64,000 bases of DNA from Octopus vulgaris (lineage: Eukaryota). Position numbers and translations under genes: made by a program. Location of the stretch: positions 38,006,001-38,070,000 of the forward strand of contig OX597829.1 of assembly GCA_951406725.2 (NCBI GenBank), in the 5' to 3' direction. Under the pieces are notes generated by a model, which was given only the letters and a program-made list of their open reading frames with translations, was not told the DNA's origin and did not search any database. Positions 60,806 through 64,000 of this stretch are shown one piece after another; the stretch's first letter is position 1; every line of letters begins with the position of its first letter.

Positions 60806-60984
60806 ACATTGCATATAAATCAATTCATGTTTGATACTAATCTCCTATAGGGAAGTGAGGTTTCCAGGGTCATTACAGAGTTGTCTCTCTTGTGATATAC
60901 AAGGCTGATGATGGCCAAGTAGTTAGAAATGCATTCACTGTTCTGCAAAAGGGCATCTTGAAATGATTTGGTGTTTTAAATCTG

Positions 60985-62110
60985 GTGGTCAATGTGGAAA
61001 CTAAGGATAGATGAGTGGTTAGTGAGAGTTGTACAAGTCATGTACAGGGATGCTGTCAGTAAGGTGAGGGTTGGCAATGAGTATAGTGAAGAATTCTGGG
61101 TAGGGGTCCACCAAGCTTCAGTCCTCAGCCCCCTCTTATTCATCATAGTCCAGGCAATAACAAAGGAATTCAAGACAGGATGCCCCAGGAACTCCTCTAT
61201 GCTGATGACCTTGCTCTAATAACAGGTCAAATATCAGAACTAGAGGAGCAGTTTCAGGTGTGGAAGCAAGGTATAGAATCGAAGAGCCTTAGAGTCAATC
61301 TACAAAAACCAAAGTCTTAGTAAGTAGAAAGGCGGACGAATCACAATTCCCTTCAGATAGATGGCCCTGATCGATCTGTAGAAAAGGCATAGGTAGAAAA
61401 TGCATAAGATGTGTAAGCTATGGACACATAAGAGTTGCAGCAATATCAAAGGAAGGCTAACTGGGAAGATAGTTTTTATTTGTGGCAAATGCACAGGGGC
61501 AATAAACACTGAAAATGTGTAGAAAACAGCTTCAGTCACATGTCAGGAGGAAAATCTAGAAGTGGTTGATAGCTTCTGTTACCTAGGTGACCAAGTCAGT
61601 GACTGAGGCAGGTGCTCTGAGAGTGTAGTTGCTAGAATAAGAATAGCCTAGGCAAAGTTCAGAGAGCTCCTACCTCTGCTGGTAATAAAGGATCTCGCAC
61701 TCAGAGTGAAAGGGAGACGGTATGACACATGTGCAAACAGCTATGTTACACAGCTGTGAAACATGGGCTGCGGACATGTTTAAGCTTGCAAGAAATGAAG
61801 CTAGTGTTCTCCAATGGGTGTGAAATGTCAGTGTGCATACACAATAGAATGTAAGCACTCTGAGAGAAAAGTTGGACATAGGAAGCATGGTCGATGCCAG
61901 TACCGCCTGACTGGCCCTTGTGCTAGTGGCATTAAAAAGCACCCACTACACTCTTGGAGTGGTTGGCATTAGGAAGGGCATCCAGCTGTAGAAACCTTGC
62001 TAGATCAGATTGGAGCCTGGTGCAGCCTTCTAGTTTACCAGCCCTCAGTCAAACCATCCAACTTATGCCAGTATGGAAAGCGGATGTTAAACAATGATGA
62101 TGATGATGAT
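60985..62110 (+). mobile_element. Second, more degraded copy of the same RTE LINE; internally deleted before the tail
   Basis: GVHQASVLSPLLF and YADD regions, same Cys-rich insert, stops and frameshifts, (GAT)n tail. Confidence 0.88.
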
Positions 62111-63086
62111 TACCTTAAGCAAGAATTCTTCACAATGGGAAACACCAGTGAAAATGGCCTTTGCACAGGTCAAATATACCCCAAATGTATTTAAACTCAA
62201 AATAATGTTTATAAAATAAATCAATGTAAAATTCCTTTAGATGGAAACCATATATATCCCATCATCTGGCTGAAGGAAAAGAAGTGATGTTATGTACTCG
62301 ATGGCAATGCATTGTGATTGGTTATAGATTAAAAAGAAAGCCTTGTTTAAACCAAAGCTCTTTTATGATTTGAATCAAAAATTGTGAAGCACAGCTGGCA
62401 GTGCTCAACAAAATAAACCGTGAAACATGATAGTTGTAAACATGGGAGAATTTCTAAAATAAACAAAATTTTAGCTAAATGCCTAAACAGATAGCAAATA
62501 CTAGCAATCTCTACATAATGCAACAAGCTTGTCTTTATGTCCCATTACTTGGCATTTCAGCAAATAGAGATCAATAAAGTAAATAAATACTTATTTCTTT
62601 ACTACCCATAAGGAGCTAAACACAGAGGGGACAGACAAATGGATTAAGTCGATTATATTGACCACAATACGTAACTGGTACTTATTTAATCGACCCCGAA
62701 AGGATGAAAGGCAAAGTCGACCTCGGTGGAATTTGAACTCAGAACATAATGGCAGACGAAATACCACTAAGTATTTCACCTGGCGTGCTAACGTTTCAGC
62801 CAGCTCGCCGCCTTATTATAAATACTAACCTGACATAAGTATTATTGTCAATGCAATTAACTAAAAATTCTTGATGATGATATTCCAAAACAGGCGCAGT
62901 CCAAAGACTAATACTAGTAGAAGAGTAGCTCTCAATATGCTATAAATAATAGCACACAATCCATGATATTAAAAAGAGAGGACACATTAGACAACCTGAT
63001 CTTGGATGTCCTTTCTTAGCTCATTATGGTGAGCTATTCTTGGTGGATTGGACCCATCCATATATATTGGTTTCAAATTTTAGCAT

Positions 63087-63385
63087 GTTGTTGTTGTTTG
63101 TTCCTTCTCAAGCCTGGCTCATTAGGGCTGGTTTCCTTGGCGTATAGGTTCCTCACCTGGATGGGACGCCGGTCCATCGCAGGTGCGCTGCAAGATGCAT
63201 GAGGAAAGAGTGAGAGAAAGTTGTGGCGAAAGAGTCAGCAGAAGTTTCGCTATTATCTTCTGCTGGAGTCACGTGGAGCTTAGGTGTTTCGCTCATAAAC
63301 ACACACATTGCCCAGTCTGAGATTCGAACCCGCGATCCCTTGACCGAGAGTCCGCTGCTCCAACCACTAGGCCATGTGCCTCCAC
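63087..63385 (-). mobile_element. tRNA-derived SINE with V-SINE-like core, nested in a family B copy
   Basis: A box TGGCCTAGTGG, B box GGTTCGAATC, core CCTGCGATGGACCGGCGTCCCATCCAGG, (CAA)n tail; TSD AAATTTTAGCAT on both sides. Confidence 0.8.
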
Positions 63386-64000
63386 AAATTTTAGCATAAG
63401 GCCAGCAATTTTAAGTCGATTACATCAATCCCAATGTTCAACTGGTACTTATTTTATGAGCCCTGAATGGATGAAAGGTAAATTTGCCCTTGGTGGAATT
63501 TGAACTCAGAATTAGGTGACAGATGAAATGCTGCTAAGCATTTTGCCTTGCATGCTAATGATTCTGCCACGTTGCCACCTTAGCCCTCCATATATATTAT
63601 GTGCACAATCCAGCAGAGGATGTGCTTCATGATCATTGTTTTGATGTTGATGGATTATGCATGTCTGAGAATTTCCGTATGAGGAATTTGCTACTTCCAA
63701 GTGATTCCAAGGTTACAATGCAGACAGTAAACAGAGAAGGCTTCCAATGTTCTGATTTGTTTTCTATAGAACATTCATGTTTCATACCTATATAACAAAG
63801 TCAAAATATATACAGCTTGCCAATAATGATCTTTATAAAAATTTTTTTTAAATGAAGGTTCTAATTCAAGAAGACATGCTTGTGTAGATGCCAAAATACA
63901 GAAATCCTATTTGATTCTCTTATTAAGCTCTTCAGGTAAGTTGCATCACTAGACGTTCTCCCAAGACAATTAAAAGATAAGGTGTGGTGGGAGATGGATG

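Noticed and set aside
62110-63940. Possible exons of a neighbouring gene (open frames at about 62113-62195 minus and 63635-63787 minus; plus-strand CAG|GTAAGT at 63935)
   Set aside because: No recognisable protein similarity and no consistent exon chain; needs RNA-seq or BLASTX.

Overview
AT-rich, repeat-dense animal genomic DNA; the repeat families look like those I recall from octopus genomes (inference, not verified). The window holds the 5' part of one large minus-strand gene, PIK3R4/VPS15. I traced 20 coding exons between 40001 and 929 with GT-AG boundaries and consistent phases. They give 2259 nt, or 753 aa: myristoylation motif MGNQLT, pseudokinase domain and HEAT repeats. The WD40 C-terminus lies beyond position 1. 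A candidate non-coding first exon and promoter sit near 58.1-58.5 kb. The introns are packed with tRNA-derived SINEs, RTE, CR1-group and R4/Dong LINE fragments, Helitron, piggyBac, Merlin and mariner-type MITEs, and microsatellites; almost all ORFs in the supplied track are repeat artefacts. The most notable unannotated signal is a set of minimal type I hammerhead ribozyme motifs, two with an intact fold and several imperfect or decayed. One belongs to a TSD-flanked tRNA-headed SINE with a hammerhead near its 3' end. Also notable are an RTE LINE with a PHD-like finger inside its RT and a pseudoknot-like tandem 3' UTR, a SINE/LINE pair sharing a tail hairpin, a SINE trimer and a spacerless 350-bp palindrome.
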